Assembly (NCBI GenBank): GCA_963833575.1
Contig: CAWHXY010000001.1
Location: 5,869-69,868, forward strand
Source: Candidatus Bathyarchaeota archaeon
Lineage (GTDB): Archaea; Thermoproteota; Bathyarchaeia; Bathyarchaeales; Bathycorpusculaceae
Direction: 5' to 3'
DNA: 64,000 nt
In this document: positions 17,365 to 27,334 of the stretch, one piece after another
Layout of the letters: every line of letters begins with the position of its first letter
How positions within the stretch are numbered: position 1 is the stretch's first letter
Notes under the pieces: generated by a model
Seen by the model: only the letters and a program-made list of their open reading frames with translations
Told to the model about the DNA's origin: nothing
The model's database searches: none
Translations under genes and position numbers: made by a program

Positions 17365-18799
17365 TGAACAAAAAAGTAAACAAATCGTAATTGCCCCAAT
17401 TACAAGGATTGAGGGACATGCACAAGTAACTATTTTCTTAAAAGACGACGATACGGTGAGAGAGGCACGATTCCAAGTTACTGACTTTAGAGGTTTCGAG
17501 AAATTCACTGAAGGCAGACCATTCTATGAGATGCCAAGTATCACTTCAAGATCCTGCGGAATCTGTCCAGTTAGTCACCTGCTTGCTTCAGCCAAAGCCT
17601 GCGACGCTATCGTCGGCGTTAACCCGCCAAAAACGGCTATAATGCTAAGGCGCTTAATGCATATGGGGCAACTAATCCAATCACACGCCTTGAACTTCTT
17701 TCACCTCTCATCACCCGATCTATTGTTAGGCTTTGATTCAGATCCAGGGCAAAGAAACATTTTCGGCTTAATTGAAAAACAGCCAGAACTAGCCATGCGA
17801 GGCATCAAACTTCGAAAGTTCGGTCAGGAACTTATAGAAAAAATAGCTGGTAAACGAATACATTCAAGCGACTGGATACTGCCCGGAGGAGCAAAATGGC
17901 CACTCACGCAAGAAAGAGCCGACTACCTCTGCGCCAATCTACCTGAAGCTTTAGCGAGTACGCAAGAGACGTTGGTGATGTACAAGAAGATGCTGGACGG
18001 GTTTGAAGAAGAAGTTGGAAACTTCGGTAACTTCCCAACTTATTATATGGGTTTAGTTACAGCTGACGGAGGACTTGAACACTACGACGGAAAAATTCGC
18101 ATAATGGACAAGAACGGCAAAACGGCTGCTGAATGCGTTGATCCAAAAAAATATAACGAATTTATTTGCGAAGCCGTTGAACCATGGTCTTTCATGAAGT
18201 TTCCATACTTCAAAACCGTTGGTTACCCAGATGGAGCCTACAGAGTTGGACCCTTGGCAAGATTAAATGTTGCTTCGCATTGTGATACACCTCTGGCTGA
18301 CCAAGAACTCAAGGAATTCAAGAAACTAGGCCAGAATGGCGTTGTGCAAAGCACATTCCACTACCATTACGCTCGCTTAATTGAGATGCTTTTCTGCCTT
18401 GAAACCGCCAAAAACCTGCTTGAAGACCCAGAAATTCTCTCTGAACACGTCACATCAAAAGCGTTAGTTAACAACTATGAAGGCGTCGGGGTAGCTGAAG
18501 CCCCAAGAGGGACCCTGATCCACCACTACAAAGTTGACCAACAAGGAATAATCACACGGAACAACATGATAATCGCCACAGAACACAACAACATCGCCTA
18601 CAACATGGCAGTAACACAAGTAGCCAAAAAATATGTTAAAGCACAACAGCTCCAAGAAGGCATGCTGAACCGCGTAGAAGCAGTAATCCGAGCATTCGAC
18701 CCATGCTTAAGTTGCGCAACTCATGCCGTTGGCAAAATGCCTTTAGAAATAAAATTAATCAATGCAGATGGTAAACTCGTTGACCGCAAAATAAGGTAA
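17357..18799 (+). CDS. hoxH: [NiFe] hydrogenase large subunit HoxH (group 3d-like)
   Basis: TRIEGH, RSCGICPVSH (L1), EAPRGTLIHHY, FDPCLSCATH (L2) plus cleavable C-terminal extension. Confidence 0.92.
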   Translation: MVNEQKSKQIVIAPITRIEGHAQVTIFLKDDDTVREARFQVTDFRGFEKFTEGRPFYEMPSITSRSCGICPVSHLLASAKACDAIVGVNPPKTAIMLRRLMHMGQLIQSHALNFFHLSSPDLLLGFDSDPGQRNIFGLIEKQPELAMRGIKLRKFGQELIEKIAGKRIHSSDWILPGGAKWPLTQERADYLCANLPEALASTQETLVMYKKMLDGFEEEVGNFGNFPTYYMGLVTADGGLEHYDGKIRIMDKNGKTAAECVDPKKYNEFICEAVEPWSFMKFPYFKTVGYPDGAYRVGPLARLNVASHCDTPLADQELKEFKKLGQNGVVQSTFHYHYARLIEMLFCLETAKNLLEDPEILSEHVTSKALVNNYEGVGVAEAPRGTLIHHYKVDQQGIITRNNMIIATEHNNIAYNMAVTQVAKKYVKAQQLQEGMLNRVEAVIRAFDPCLSCATHAVGKMPLEIKLINADGKLVDRKIR

Positions 18800-19026
18800 A
18801 TCTATTTTTTATTGTTTCAAATATTTTTATATCTGCTTTCATCAGCCAGTGCTTTAAATCAAGTTTTCTTACAAAAAATATTTTTGCTTTCCATAATTTT
18901 CATATGAAAATGTCACATCCGATATGGCAGAATCATTTAAGCCTTGACTGAACCTTTATGTATTTGTCTTTGGAATTTGGAGTAAATAAGCACGTATGGT
19001 GCTACCTATCTGTCAAAGTGAACCTA

Positions 19027-19584
19027 TTGACTGAGACAGCAACAACTCCATCAGGCAAAGAGCCGATAAAAGCTTCTGAGCTAGACCCAAAATTCAAGTA
19101 TGAACTCCAGAAAATGCACGGAAGCGAAAAAATTCTTAAATGTTTTCAGTGCGGAACATGCACATCAGACTGCCCAGTTGCAAGGTACAGCGACAGTTAT
19201 CGTCCGAGAACATTGATTCATATGGCTCAACTTGGCCTTCGAGATCGAGTGCTAAAAAGCGAAACTTTATGGTTATGCGCAGCCTGTTTTACATGCACTG
19301 ATCGATGTCCACAAGACGTTGAAGTAGCAAGTGTTATTCGTGTATTTCGCAATTTAGCGATCGAAAATGGCTGTGTACCTCAAGTCTTTAAAGAACAAAC
19401 TGCATCCTTACTTGAATCAGGGTACGCTTACAAAATTCCTGAGTTAAGAATTAAAAAACGTGAATCCCAATGTTTGCCACCGCTGCCAAAAGGCAATGCG
19501 GAAAATGTCCGAAAAGTCCTCAAAGGTGTAAAATTCGTCGAAGCTGTCCAGAAACCAGCGGGAGGCCAACCAAGTGGGCAATAA
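19027..19584 (+). CDS. hdrC: Heterodisulfide reductase subunit C
   Basis: CFQCGTCTSDCP and WLCAACFTCTDRCPQ. Start uncertain (TTG 19027 preferred; track gives 18958). Confidence 0.88.
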   Translation: MTETATTPSGKEPIKASELDPKFKYELQKMHGSEKILKCFQCGTCTSDCPVARYSDSYRPRTLIHMAQLGLRDRVLKSETLWLCAACFTCTDRCPQDVEVASVIRVFRNLAIENGCVPQVFKEQTASLLESGYAYKIPELRIKKRESQCLPPLPKGNAENVRKVLKGVKFVEAVQKPAGGQPSGQ

Positions 19585-20467
19585 GTATCTTATTTTTCTC
19601 GGGTGTGCAATCCCCTATCGTGTTTCAGCTTACGAGATTTCTGCTCGCAAAGTCCTCGCTAAGTTAGGTGTTGAACTGGTTGAAATGCCAGAATTCAACT
19701 GTTGCGGTTTACCGTTAGATCCAGTAAGCCATGAAACTATGCTTATTTTAGCAGCAAAAAACTTGGCAATGGCTGAACAAACGGGACTAAACATTCTTAC
19801 GCTTTGTCCGGGCTGTGCTGGCACAATCAAGAAAGTCAACAAAATTCTGAAAGAGGACAAGGCACTTAAAGAGCAAATTAATGGGCACTTAAAAGAAGTA
19901 GGATTGGAATTCAAAGGAACCTTAGAAACAAAACATCTCCTTCAACTGCTCAAAGAGGATGTTGGGGTAGAAAAAATCAAAGCATCTGTCGTTAAACCTC
20001 TCAATATGCTTAAAGTCGCTGAACACAATGGTTGCCACATTCTTAGACCGAAAGAGTTTATTGGTTTTGATGATCCTGAAGATCCGCAAACATTAAAAAT
20101 GCTGATTGAAGCTACAGGCGCTACATGCTTAGATTACATCGATGAAACAGAATGCTGCGGAGCGCCAAGCGTCGGAGTAAGCGACAAAATTGCCCTGCAA
20201 CTTGCAAGAGACAAGTTAAATCACGTAAAAATGGTTGAAGCGCAAGCATTAATTACAATTTGTCCATTTTGCCACATAATGTATGATACAAACGAGTTGC
20301 GAATAGAGAAAATGTTTAAAGAAGCATATGGTATTCCAATTCTCCATTACCCACAGCTACTCGGGTTAGCAATGGGCTTAACACCTGAAGAATTAGCCTT
20401 CAACGAACTGCGTGTAAACGCATCAAAAATACTGGAACTAGTAAATAAGGAAGTAAACAAGCAATGA
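19574..20467 (+). CDS. hdrB: Heterodisulfide reductase subunit B
   Basis: FLGCAIP, FNCCG, TLCPGC, HNGCHILRP, ECCG, TICPFC: two CCG domains. Confidence 0.92.
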   Translation: MGNKYLIFLGCAIPYRVSAYEISARKVLAKLGVELVEMPEFNCCGLPLDPVSHETMLILAAKNLAMAEQTGLNILTLCPGCAGTIKKVNKILKEDKALKEQINGHLKEVGLEFKGTLETKHLLQLLKEDVGVEKIKASVVKPLNMLKVAEHNGCHILRPKEFIGFDDPEDPQTLKMLIEATGATCLDYIDETECCGAPSVGVSDKIALQLARDKLNHVKMVEAQALITICPFCHIMYDTNELRIEKMFKEAYGIPILHYPQLLGLAMGLTPEELAFNELRVNASKILELVNKEVNKQ

Positions 20468-21450
20468 GCGACAAATTAAAAATAGCCTTTTACTGGGCTG
20501 CAAGCTGCGGCGGCTGCGAAATAGCCGTCCTAGACTTAAACGAAAAAATCCTTGACGTAGTGGCATTAGCCGACATTGTTTTCTGGCCAGTAGCCATAGA
20601 CATCAAATACAAAGATGTCGAAGCAATGCCAGACAAATCCATAGATATTACATTCTTCAATGGATCAATCCGCAACTCAGAACAGGAACATATGGCAAAG
20701 GTGCTCAGAGAAAAATCCAAAACCCTTGTTGCTTTCGGTTCATGCGCTCACCAAGGAAGCGTACCCGGATTAGCAAACCTAAACGACAAAAAAGAAATTT
20801 TCGATCAAGTATACATGAAAGACTTATCCAACGTAAATCCAAAATCAACCACCCCTCAAACTCAAACCAAAGTCAAAGAAGGCACCCTCAACATCCCCGA
20901 ATTCTACGACACAGTAAAAACTCTGGCACAAACAGTAGATGTAGACTATTATCTTCCAGGTTGCCCACCACCAGTCAAACTAATCGCCGCTGCAGTTGAA
21001 GCGATAAAGTGCAACAAACTTCCACCAAAAGGATCGGTACTTGCACCGCTCAAAGCAGTATGCGACGAATGCCCAAGAAAACGAGAAAACAAAAAAATCG
21101 GCAAAATCTACCGAGTTTATGATAAAACACCAGAACCAGAAAAATGTCTTCTAGAACAAGGCATTCTCTGTCTCGGTCTCGCAACCAGAAGCGGCTGCGG
21201 TGCTCAATGCTTAAATGTTGACATGCCATGCACAGGTTGCGGTGGACCAGCTCCAAACGTTCCAGATCAAGGAGCAGCAATGATGTCTGCTTTAGCTTCA
21301 ATTCTCGGATACGATGGAGAACCAGGAAAAACCAAATATACAGAGAAAGAGATTGAAGAATTATTGAGCCAAGTGAAAGATCCAGTTGGCACATTCTTCA
21401 TGTATAGTTTACCCGCATCGATTCTTAAAAGAAAGGTGATTAAAAAATGA
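20464..21450 (+). CDS. mvhG: F420-non-reducing [NiFe] hydrogenase small subunit
   Basis: WAASCGGCE, AFGSCA, LPGCPP, VCDECP, CLLEQGILCLG, SGCGAQC, PCTGCGG. Confidence 0.9.
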   Translation: MSDKLKIAFYWAASCGGCEIAVLDLNEKILDVVALADIVFWPVAIDIKYKDVEAMPDKSIDITFFNGSIRNSEQEHMAKVLREKSKTLVAFGSCAHQGSVPGLANLNDKKEIFDQVYMKDLSNVNPKSTTPQTQTKVKEGTLNIPEFYDTVKTLAQTVDVDYYLPGCPPPVKLIAAAVEAIKCNKLPPKGSVLAPLKAVCDECPRKRENKKIGKIYRVYDKTPEPEKCLLEQGILCLGLATRSGCGAQCLNVDMPCTGCGGPAPNVPDQGAAMMSALASILGYDGEPGKTKYTEKEIEELLSQVKDPVGTFFMYSLPASILKRKVIKK

Positions 21451-22901
21451 AAGAAATAATCATAGATCCTATCACCCGTCTTGAAGGACATGGAAACGTA
21501 TCCATATTCCTCAATGACAAAGGTGATGTAGAAAACGCCTATCTTAAAATTCCAGAATTAAGAGGGTTCGAGAAATTCTGCATTGGCAGAAAAGCTGAAC
21601 TCATGCCTCAACTCACTTCCAGAATCTGTGGCGTCTGCCCAGTTGCACACCATTTTGCGGCAACAAAAGCTTTAGACGCAGCATTCAACGTTGAACCACC
21701 ATCAGCTGCTAAGAAACTGCGCGAACTAATGTACAGTGCTTACTACATTTACGATCACACATTACACTTTTACTATCTTGGCGGACCAGACTTCATAGTT
21801 GGGCCCGATGCTCCACCAGAAAAACGAAACATACTCGGAGTAATAGAAAAAGCCGGTATGCCAGTTGCAAAGGAAGTCATAAAACACAGAGCTTACGGAC
21901 AAAGAATAACCGAAATCATCGGCGGAAAAGCAACCCACCCAGTCTGCGGACTACCGGGCGGAATGTCAAAAGCATTAACTGAACCTAACAGGCAAGAAAT
22001 CGAGACAATGGCTGCCTCATGCGTAAACTTCGCCCAGTTCACACTTAAACTCTTCCATGATATCGTCTTAGGCAACACCCAATATGTTGACATGATTAAG
22101 AGCCAAGCCTACACCATGCCAACTTATTACATGGGGACAGTTGATCAAAACAACAAAGTTAACTTCTATGACGGTAAAATCCGTGTTGTAGATCCAACTG
22201 GCAATGAATTCCTCAAATTCGAATCAAAAGATTACCTGCAGCATATCGGTGAACATGTTGAAGAATGGACATATAGCAAATTCCCATACCTTAAAGCAAT
22301 TGGCTGGAAAGGACAAGTTTCAGGCGCGGACAGCGGTGTCTACCGAGTTGGTCCACTTGCAAGGTTAAATGCATCGGACGGTATGGCAACACCCCTTGCA
22401 CAAGCAGAATATGAAGTCATGTACAAGACTCTCGGCGGCAAACCAGTCCACAGCACTTTAGCCTATCACTGGGCACGCCTAATTGAATTACTCTATGCAA
22501 CAGAAAGAGCAATGGAGTTAGTCAAAGACCCAGAAATTACAAGCACAAACATCCGCAATAAACCAGGCGAACCAACCGAAGGCGTCGGCATCACAGAAGC
22601 AGCAAGAGGCACACTCATCCACCACTACAAATTAGACAAAGACGCCCTAATCAAAGACGTAAACCTAATCGTCGCCACAACAAACAATTACCCAGCTATT
22701 TGCATGAGCATACGCGACGCAGCCAAAGGCTTAATACACGACGGCAAAGTTGACCAAGGCATATTAAACAAAGTCGAAATGGGTTTCCGAGCCTACGACC
22801 CCTGCTTCGGATGCGCAACACACGCAGCAGTTGGACAAATGCCACTCACCGTCGAAGTCTACAACTCTCAAAAACAATTAGTCAGCTCAGTATCTCGCTA
22901 A
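21447..22901 (+). CDS. mvhA: F420-non-reducing [NiFe] hydrogenase large subunit (group 3c-like)
   Basis: IDPITRLEGHG, ELRGFEKF, RICGVCPVAH, EAARGTLIHHY, YDPCFGCATH plus extension. Confidence 0.92.
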   Translation: MKEIIIDPITRLEGHGNVSIFLNDKGDVENAYLKIPELRGFEKFCIGRKAELMPQLTSRICGVCPVAHHFAATKALDAAFNVEPPSAAKKLRELMYSAYYIYDHTLHFYYLGGPDFIVGPDAPPEKRNILGVIEKAGMPVAKEVIKHRAYGQRITEIIGGKATHPVCGLPGGMSKALTEPNRQEIETMAASCVNFAQFTLKLFHDIVLGNTQYVDMIKSQAYTMPTYYMGTVDQNNKVNFYDGKIRVVDPTGNEFLKFESKDYLQHIGEHVEEWTYSKFPYLKAIGWKGQVSGADSGVYRVGPLARLNASDGMATPLAQAEYEVMYKTLGGKPVHSTLAYHWARLIELLYATERAMELVKDPEITSTNIRNKPGEPTEGVGITEAARGTLIHHYKLDKDALIKDVNLIVATTNNYPAICMSIRDAAKGLIHDGKVDQGILNKVEMGFRAYDPCFGCATHAAVGQMPLTVEVYNSQKQLVSSVSR

Positions 22902-23019
22902 GCTAACCCATTTTTTAGGAAATTTCTCTTTTTCAATTTATTCTACAAAACCCCTAACGTTTTAGGGTAAACTCTTATCTTAACACACCGCCCTATTGTT
23001 TTGTTAGCTGAGATTTGAC

Positions 23020-23379
23020 ATGCAACCGCAACCACCTAATCCAGAACATAAAAGAATGAAACGAGAGAAAAAAACAATAGGCTATATGGTTGACATATAT
23101 TGCAAAGGACACCACGACACTCAGGGTGAACTCTGTTCTGAATGCAAAGAATTCAAAGAATACGCATTCATGCGTCTTGACAAATGTCCATTTCAAGACA
23201 AGAAGAGCACGTGCGGGAAATGCGTTATACACTGCTACAGACCAGACATGAAAGAAAAAGTGAAAAAAGTTATGCGTTATTCGGGTCCACGGATGCTTCT
23301 GCCTCACCCAACTCTAGCGTTGCATCACGCTTGGGATAGCCACAGGAAGGCACCTAAGCTGGCCAAGAAAACAAACTAA
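23020..23379 (+). CDS. YgbA-like (nitrous oxide-stimulated promoter family) Cys-rich protein
   Basis: REKKTI..MV.IYC..HH, C.EC, RLDKCPF...K..C.KC..HCY, VMRYSGPRML. Confidence 0.85.
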   Translation: MQPQPPNPEHKRMKREKKTIGYMVDIYCKGHHDTQGELCSECKEFKEYAFMRLDKCPFQDKKSTCGKCVIHCYRPDMKEKVKKVMRYSGPRMLLPHPTLALHHAWDSHRKAPKLAKKTN

Positions 23380-23484
23380 TTAATTCTGCCGCAAAGCTCC
23401 GTTGAATGCAATTTTTTTGAATAGACTTTGCTGTGACAAGCTTTTTCTGTCCTCGAGGCTTATTTTCTAATTATTGGTGCTTCC

Positions 23485-23970
23485 ATGAGTGACAGAATCG
23501 AAAAAGATCTAGCAAACTGGTTTGTTGGTGCAACGAAGGTCGTTCTAGCTGGCATTGGCAACCCAATCCGCACCGATGACTACGTTGGATTACACATCGT
23601 TGAACAATTGAGGGGCAAGTTGCCCGAAAACGTTTGCTTGCTGGAAGCTGAGACGGTTCCAGAAAGCTACCTGTTAGATATAGAAATGTTTCATCCATCG
23701 CATGTCCTCTTGATTGATGCTGCTTTCTTGGGTTTGAAGCCCGGTGAAGCCAACCTTGTTGATCCTGTGAATATTGAAGATTATTCTGCCGTAACAACTC
23801 ATTTGTTACCATTGCGGATTTTCTGCGACTACATTAAACAGGCAACAGGTGCAAAAATTGCTTCTCTTCTGATCGAACCCAAAAGCATGGAGTTTGGTGA
23901 AGGCTTAACCGTGGAAGTTCAAACTGCTGCTGAGCGGTTAATAAAAACATTGGCTAATTTGCTTGGCTAG
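23485..23970 (+). CDS. hycI: Hydrogenase maturation endopeptidase
   Basis: GIGNPIRTDDYVG, ETVPE, LLIDAA, TTHLLPL. Confidence 0.88.
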   Translation: MSDRIEKDLANWFVGATKVVLAGIGNPIRTDDYVGLHIVEQLRGKLPENVCLLEAETVPESYLLDIEMFHPSHVLLIDAAFLGLKPGEANLVDPVNIEDYSAVTTHLLPLRIFCDYIKQATGAKIASLLIEPKSMEFGEGLTVEVQTAAERLIKTLANLLG

Positions 23971-24437
23971 CCTTGTTTTCTTTTAAAAACATAGTTAGTT
24001 GTAAGCACTTCCTTGCCTAGTGACAAGCTGACTTCTTTGAGTTCAATTTGGTCTTTTGTTACCCATTTTGCAGTTATCTTTTCTTCTAATTCTTGATCCT
24101 CGAAGGTTCCTCGCCAGTATACTTCAAGGGTATTTTCATTGACCCAGTTGCCAACGTGATCATGAGCTTCGCCTTCTGAATTGATTCCGAAAAGATGCAC
24201 TTTGCCAGTTGCTCGGTCGAAACTCCAAAGATCGTTCTCATAATAATCTTCGTAACCTTCAATATGCGTGTCAATTTCTGAGTTTATCCCTATATCTGCT
24301 ACTTCAACAGCGCTCATTTCGCCACACCCGGAAACTATTCTGTCCGCACTAGTCTTCAGGGCTATGCCTACTGTCCATTCTCCAATTAACTGCTTGAGTA
24401 ACTCTAACTCTTTAGCCTGTTTCGTCTCTTGTATCAT
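23967..24437 (-). CDS. Hypothetical beta-barrel protein (DUF1579-like)
   Basis: LELLKQLIGEW N-terminus, beta-rich; start moved to ATG 24437 (MIQETKQ). Family call is weak. Confidence 0.55.
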   Translation of the reverse strand: MIQETKQAKELELLKQLIGEWTVGIALKTSADRIVSGCGEMSAVEVADIGINSEIDTHIEGYEDYYENDLWSFDRATGKVHLFGINSEGEAHDHVGNWVNENTLEVYWRGTFEDQELEEKITAKWVTKDQIELKEVSLSLGKEVLTTNYVFKRKQG

Positions 24438-24561
24438 AAAACCAACCCAATAAACTAAACCATAAAAAAACTTACATTTCAGTAATAAATAAATGTGATT
24501 GATATGGTGCAACAATCTTTACAGTTTAGTTAATTAGCTTGTTTTTAGTTAGATTTTATCT

Positions 24562-25053
24562 GTGAAACGGGGTATGTCTGGAAAAGCAGTCATTCTTATG
24601 GGGTCTGAGCGGGATTTGGATTTTTCCCGAGAAATAGCAAAATACCTAAAGCTTTTAGGCGTAAATTATGAGTTTCGAGTTGCTTCTGCCCATAAAAATC
24701 CGGAGAACGTTCTTGCAATAATAAAAGAATTCGAAGGAGAAAAAGTAGTTTTCATAACTGTTGCAGGTCGCTCAAATGCACTCAGCGCTTTTGTTGACGG
24801 AAACTCATCTAAACCAGTTATTGCATGCCCACCATACTCCGATACATTCAATGGAATCGATATTTTCTCTTCGCTCCGAGTACCAAGCGGCATAGGATCC
24901 GTTGTAACAATTGAGCCTGAAGGCGCAGCAATTGCGACGGCGAAGATTTTCGCTCTAGACGACCTCGCAGTAGCGGAAACCATTAAAAATTATCAAGCTT
25001 CAAAGAAAAAAGAGCTTGAAAACGCAAACGAATCAATAAAGAAACTAAAATAA
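24562..25053 (+). CDS. purE: AIR carboxylase PurE (class II-like)
   Basis: ILMGSERD, VASAHK, VAGRSNAL, PVIACPP; start GTG 24562 or ATG 24574. Confidence 0.9.
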   Translation: MKRGMSGKAVILMGSERDLDFSREIAKYLKLLGVNYEFRVASAHKNPENVLAIIKEFEGEKVVFITVAGRSNALSAFVDGNSSKPVIACPPYSDTFNGIDIFSSLRVPSGIGSVVTIEPEGAAIATAKIFALDDLAVAETIKNYQASKKKELENANESIKKLK

Positions 25054-25184
25054 CAATTAACTTCTATTTTTCCAATAATTATGAAATCATTCTTTCAGTT
25101 CTAGAAAGAGCAGAAGGTCAGACTAAAGCGATATAAGTTAAATAGAATAATTCTGCTACAACTAAATATAACCTGGGATAATAA

Positions 25185-26237
25185 ATGGGCAGCGTAAAAG
25201 ATCTTGAAGTGATAAAACAACCAAGCCACGAGGTTATGGGTATCGGGAGATTTCACTTTTCAGACCGCTATAGCGTTTTTGATTGGGGTGAAATGCCCGA
25301 AAATATTGGCGCCAAGGGAGCAGCCCTGTGCCTTATGGGCGCTTATTGTTTTGAACAGTTAGAGAAAAAAGGCGTCAAAACTCACTATCAAGGTTTAGTA
25401 GGTGCAAACGGTAGAGCGGTCAAAACCAAAGAGTTAAGCCAGCCCACAAGCGTCATGGAAGTTAGTTTGGTTAATGTTTACAAGCCCAAAACAAGCGTAG
25501 TGAACAGTAAGATTGTCCACGATTACAGCATTTACAAGCCAGATCTAAAGAACTGCTTAATTCCTTTGGAAATTATCTATAGAAATGGTTTACCCGAAGG
25601 GTCATCAGTCTTTAAACGTCTCGAACAGGGGAAAATAACTTTTATGGATTTAGGCCTTGATCACTACCCCCACCCAGGTGAGCAACTTGCCAAACCCATA
25701 TTTGACGTTAGTACAAAACTTGAGGAAACCGACCGATATGTTACGTGGCAAGAAGCACAGAAAATCGCTGGATTAACCGACCAGGAGCTCGATGAAATTA
25801 AAGTAGTTCTACTTAAAGCAGATGAGACCATAAACGAAATGGCTTCAAGAGCTGGGCTCAAAAATGAAGATGGAAAAATCGAGTTAGCTTTTGATGACAA
25901 CAGGAAACTTGTGATAGTTGATGTCGTCGGTACCCTTGATGAATGCAGGTTCACTTACAATGGCATACATGTTAGCAAAGAAATTGCAAGACAATTCTAC
26001 AAAAAAACAAGATGGTATGCAGATTTGGAACAAGCGAAAAAAGAGGGCGAAGCTAAAGGCATTCAAGACTGGAAATCACTCTGCAAGTCGCAACCGCCCA
26101 AATTAGACCCGAAGCTTAAGACAATCATCAGTGAAATGTATATGGCGGCTGCAAATGAGTTGACCGGTCACAAATTATTTAATGCACCGTTGCTTGCAGA
26201 TGTGATTGCCAATTACAAGGATTATATGAAGGAATGA
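25185..26237 (+). CDS. purC: SAICAR synthetase
   Basis: GSVKDL, FSDRYSVFD, IPLEIIYRN, STKLEETD, DGKIELA, DVVGTLDECR, SKEIAR. Confidence 0.9.
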   Translation: MGSVKDLEVIKQPSHEVMGIGRFHFSDRYSVFDWGEMPENIGAKGAALCLMGAYCFEQLEKKGVKTHYQGLVGANGRAVKTKELSQPTSVMEVSLVNVYKPKTSVVNSKIVHDYSIYKPDLKNCLIPLEIIYRNGLPEGSSVFKRLEQGKITFMDLGLDHYPHPGEQLAKPIFDVSTKLEETDRYVTWQEAQKIAGLTDQELDEIKVVLLKADETINEMASRAGLKNEDGKIELAFDDNRKLVIVDVVGTLDECRFTYNGIHVSKEIARQFYKKTRWYADLEQAKKEGEAKGIQDWKSLCKSQPPKLDPKLKTIISEMYMAAANELTGHKLFNAPLLADVIANYKDYMKE

Positions 26238-27334
26238 TTATGATAGACGACATTAAGCAAATAATAAAGAAATACAACTCCAAAGAAATTCGAATAGGGG
26301 TTTTAGGTTCCCACTCAGCACTTGAGATTGCTTCGGGCGCAAAACAAGAAGGCTTAGAAACCGTAGTTGTTTGCCAGAAAGGCCGAGATAAAACTTACAC
26401 CAAATATTACAAGAACGTTTTTGACCACTTTCTTATGCTCGATAAATTCTCGAACATAACAAGCGAGGCGAACGTGAAGAAACTGGTTGATTTGAACACG
26501 ATTTTTGTTCCTAACCGCTCATTTTCAGTATATGCTGGTTACGAAGCGATAGAAAACCATTTTGCAGTGCCTTTAATGGGCAACCGCTCAATGCTTCGTA
26601 CCGAGGAACGCAACACGCCTAGAAACCAACTTTACCTTCTTCAGAAAGCTGGTATAGCAACGCCGAAAACTTTCAAGGTGCCCAGTGAAATAGACCGCTT
26701 ATCCATAGTTAAAGTTCCAGAAAAGGAACGTGCTATTGAAAGAGCCTTTTTCTACCCGTCAAATCCCGTTGAATTTGACAAGATGGCCAGCGACCGTATA
26801 GCCAAGGGCATAATTACACAGGAAGCACTCGATCATGCAGTGATAGAAGAGTATGTTATTGGCGCCAAATTCAATGCTAACTTGTTTTGGTCACCCTTAA
26901 CCGATGAAATCGACCTCTTAGGGTTTGATAGACGTATTCAAACTGATCTTGATGGCATCTTAGACTTGCCCGCTCAGGAACAGTTGGATGTAAATATTCC
27001 CACTCAAAACATCGAAATCGGTCATATGGGCGCCACTATGCGTGAGAGCCAAATAGAAAAGATTTTTGACGCAGCGGAAAAATTCGTTAAAACTTGCAAA
27101 AAAGAGTATCCGCCGGGAATGCTTGGTTTGTTCGCGTTGCAGGGCGCAGTAACAAAAGATTTAGAGTTCTACGTTTTCGATGTTAGTCCTCGTGTTCCAG
27201 GCTGCCCATGTGTTGAGCCCACTTCGCCTTACATGAAGTACAAGTACGGAATGGAAGTTGGTCCAGGACGGCGGGTAGCTATGGAAATTAAACGTGCAGT
27301 TAAAGAGGGCAGGCTTGCGGAAGTAGTAACATGA
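26234..27334 (+). CDS. purP: PurP-like FAICAR synthetase paralog
   Basis: LGSHSALEI, PNRSFSVY, GFDRRIQ, GMLGLFALQ, DVSPRVPG, GRRVAMEI. Confidence 0.85.
   Translation: MIMIDDIKQIIKKYNSKEIRIGVLGSHSALEIASGAKQEGLETVVVCQKGRDKTYTKYYKNVFDHFLMLDKFSNITSEANVKKLVDLNTIFVPNRSFSVYAGYEAIENHFAVPLMGNRSMLRTEERNTPRNQLYLLQKAGIATPKTFKVPSEIDRLSIVKVPEKERAIERAFFYPSNPVEFDKMASDRIAKGIITQEALDHAVIEEYVIGAKFNANLFWSPLTDEIDLLGFDRRIQTDLDGILDLPAQEQLDVNIPTQNIEIGHMGATMRESQIEKIFDAAEKFVKTCKKEYPPGMLGLFALQGAVTKDLEFYVFDVSPRVPGCPCVEPTSPYMKYKYGMEVGPGRRVAMEIKRAVKEGRLAEVVT

Noticed and set aside
13997-22901. Selenocysteine recoding in the hydrogenases or Hdr
   Set aside because: All metal-binding motifs use Cys codons; ORFs are uninterrupted.
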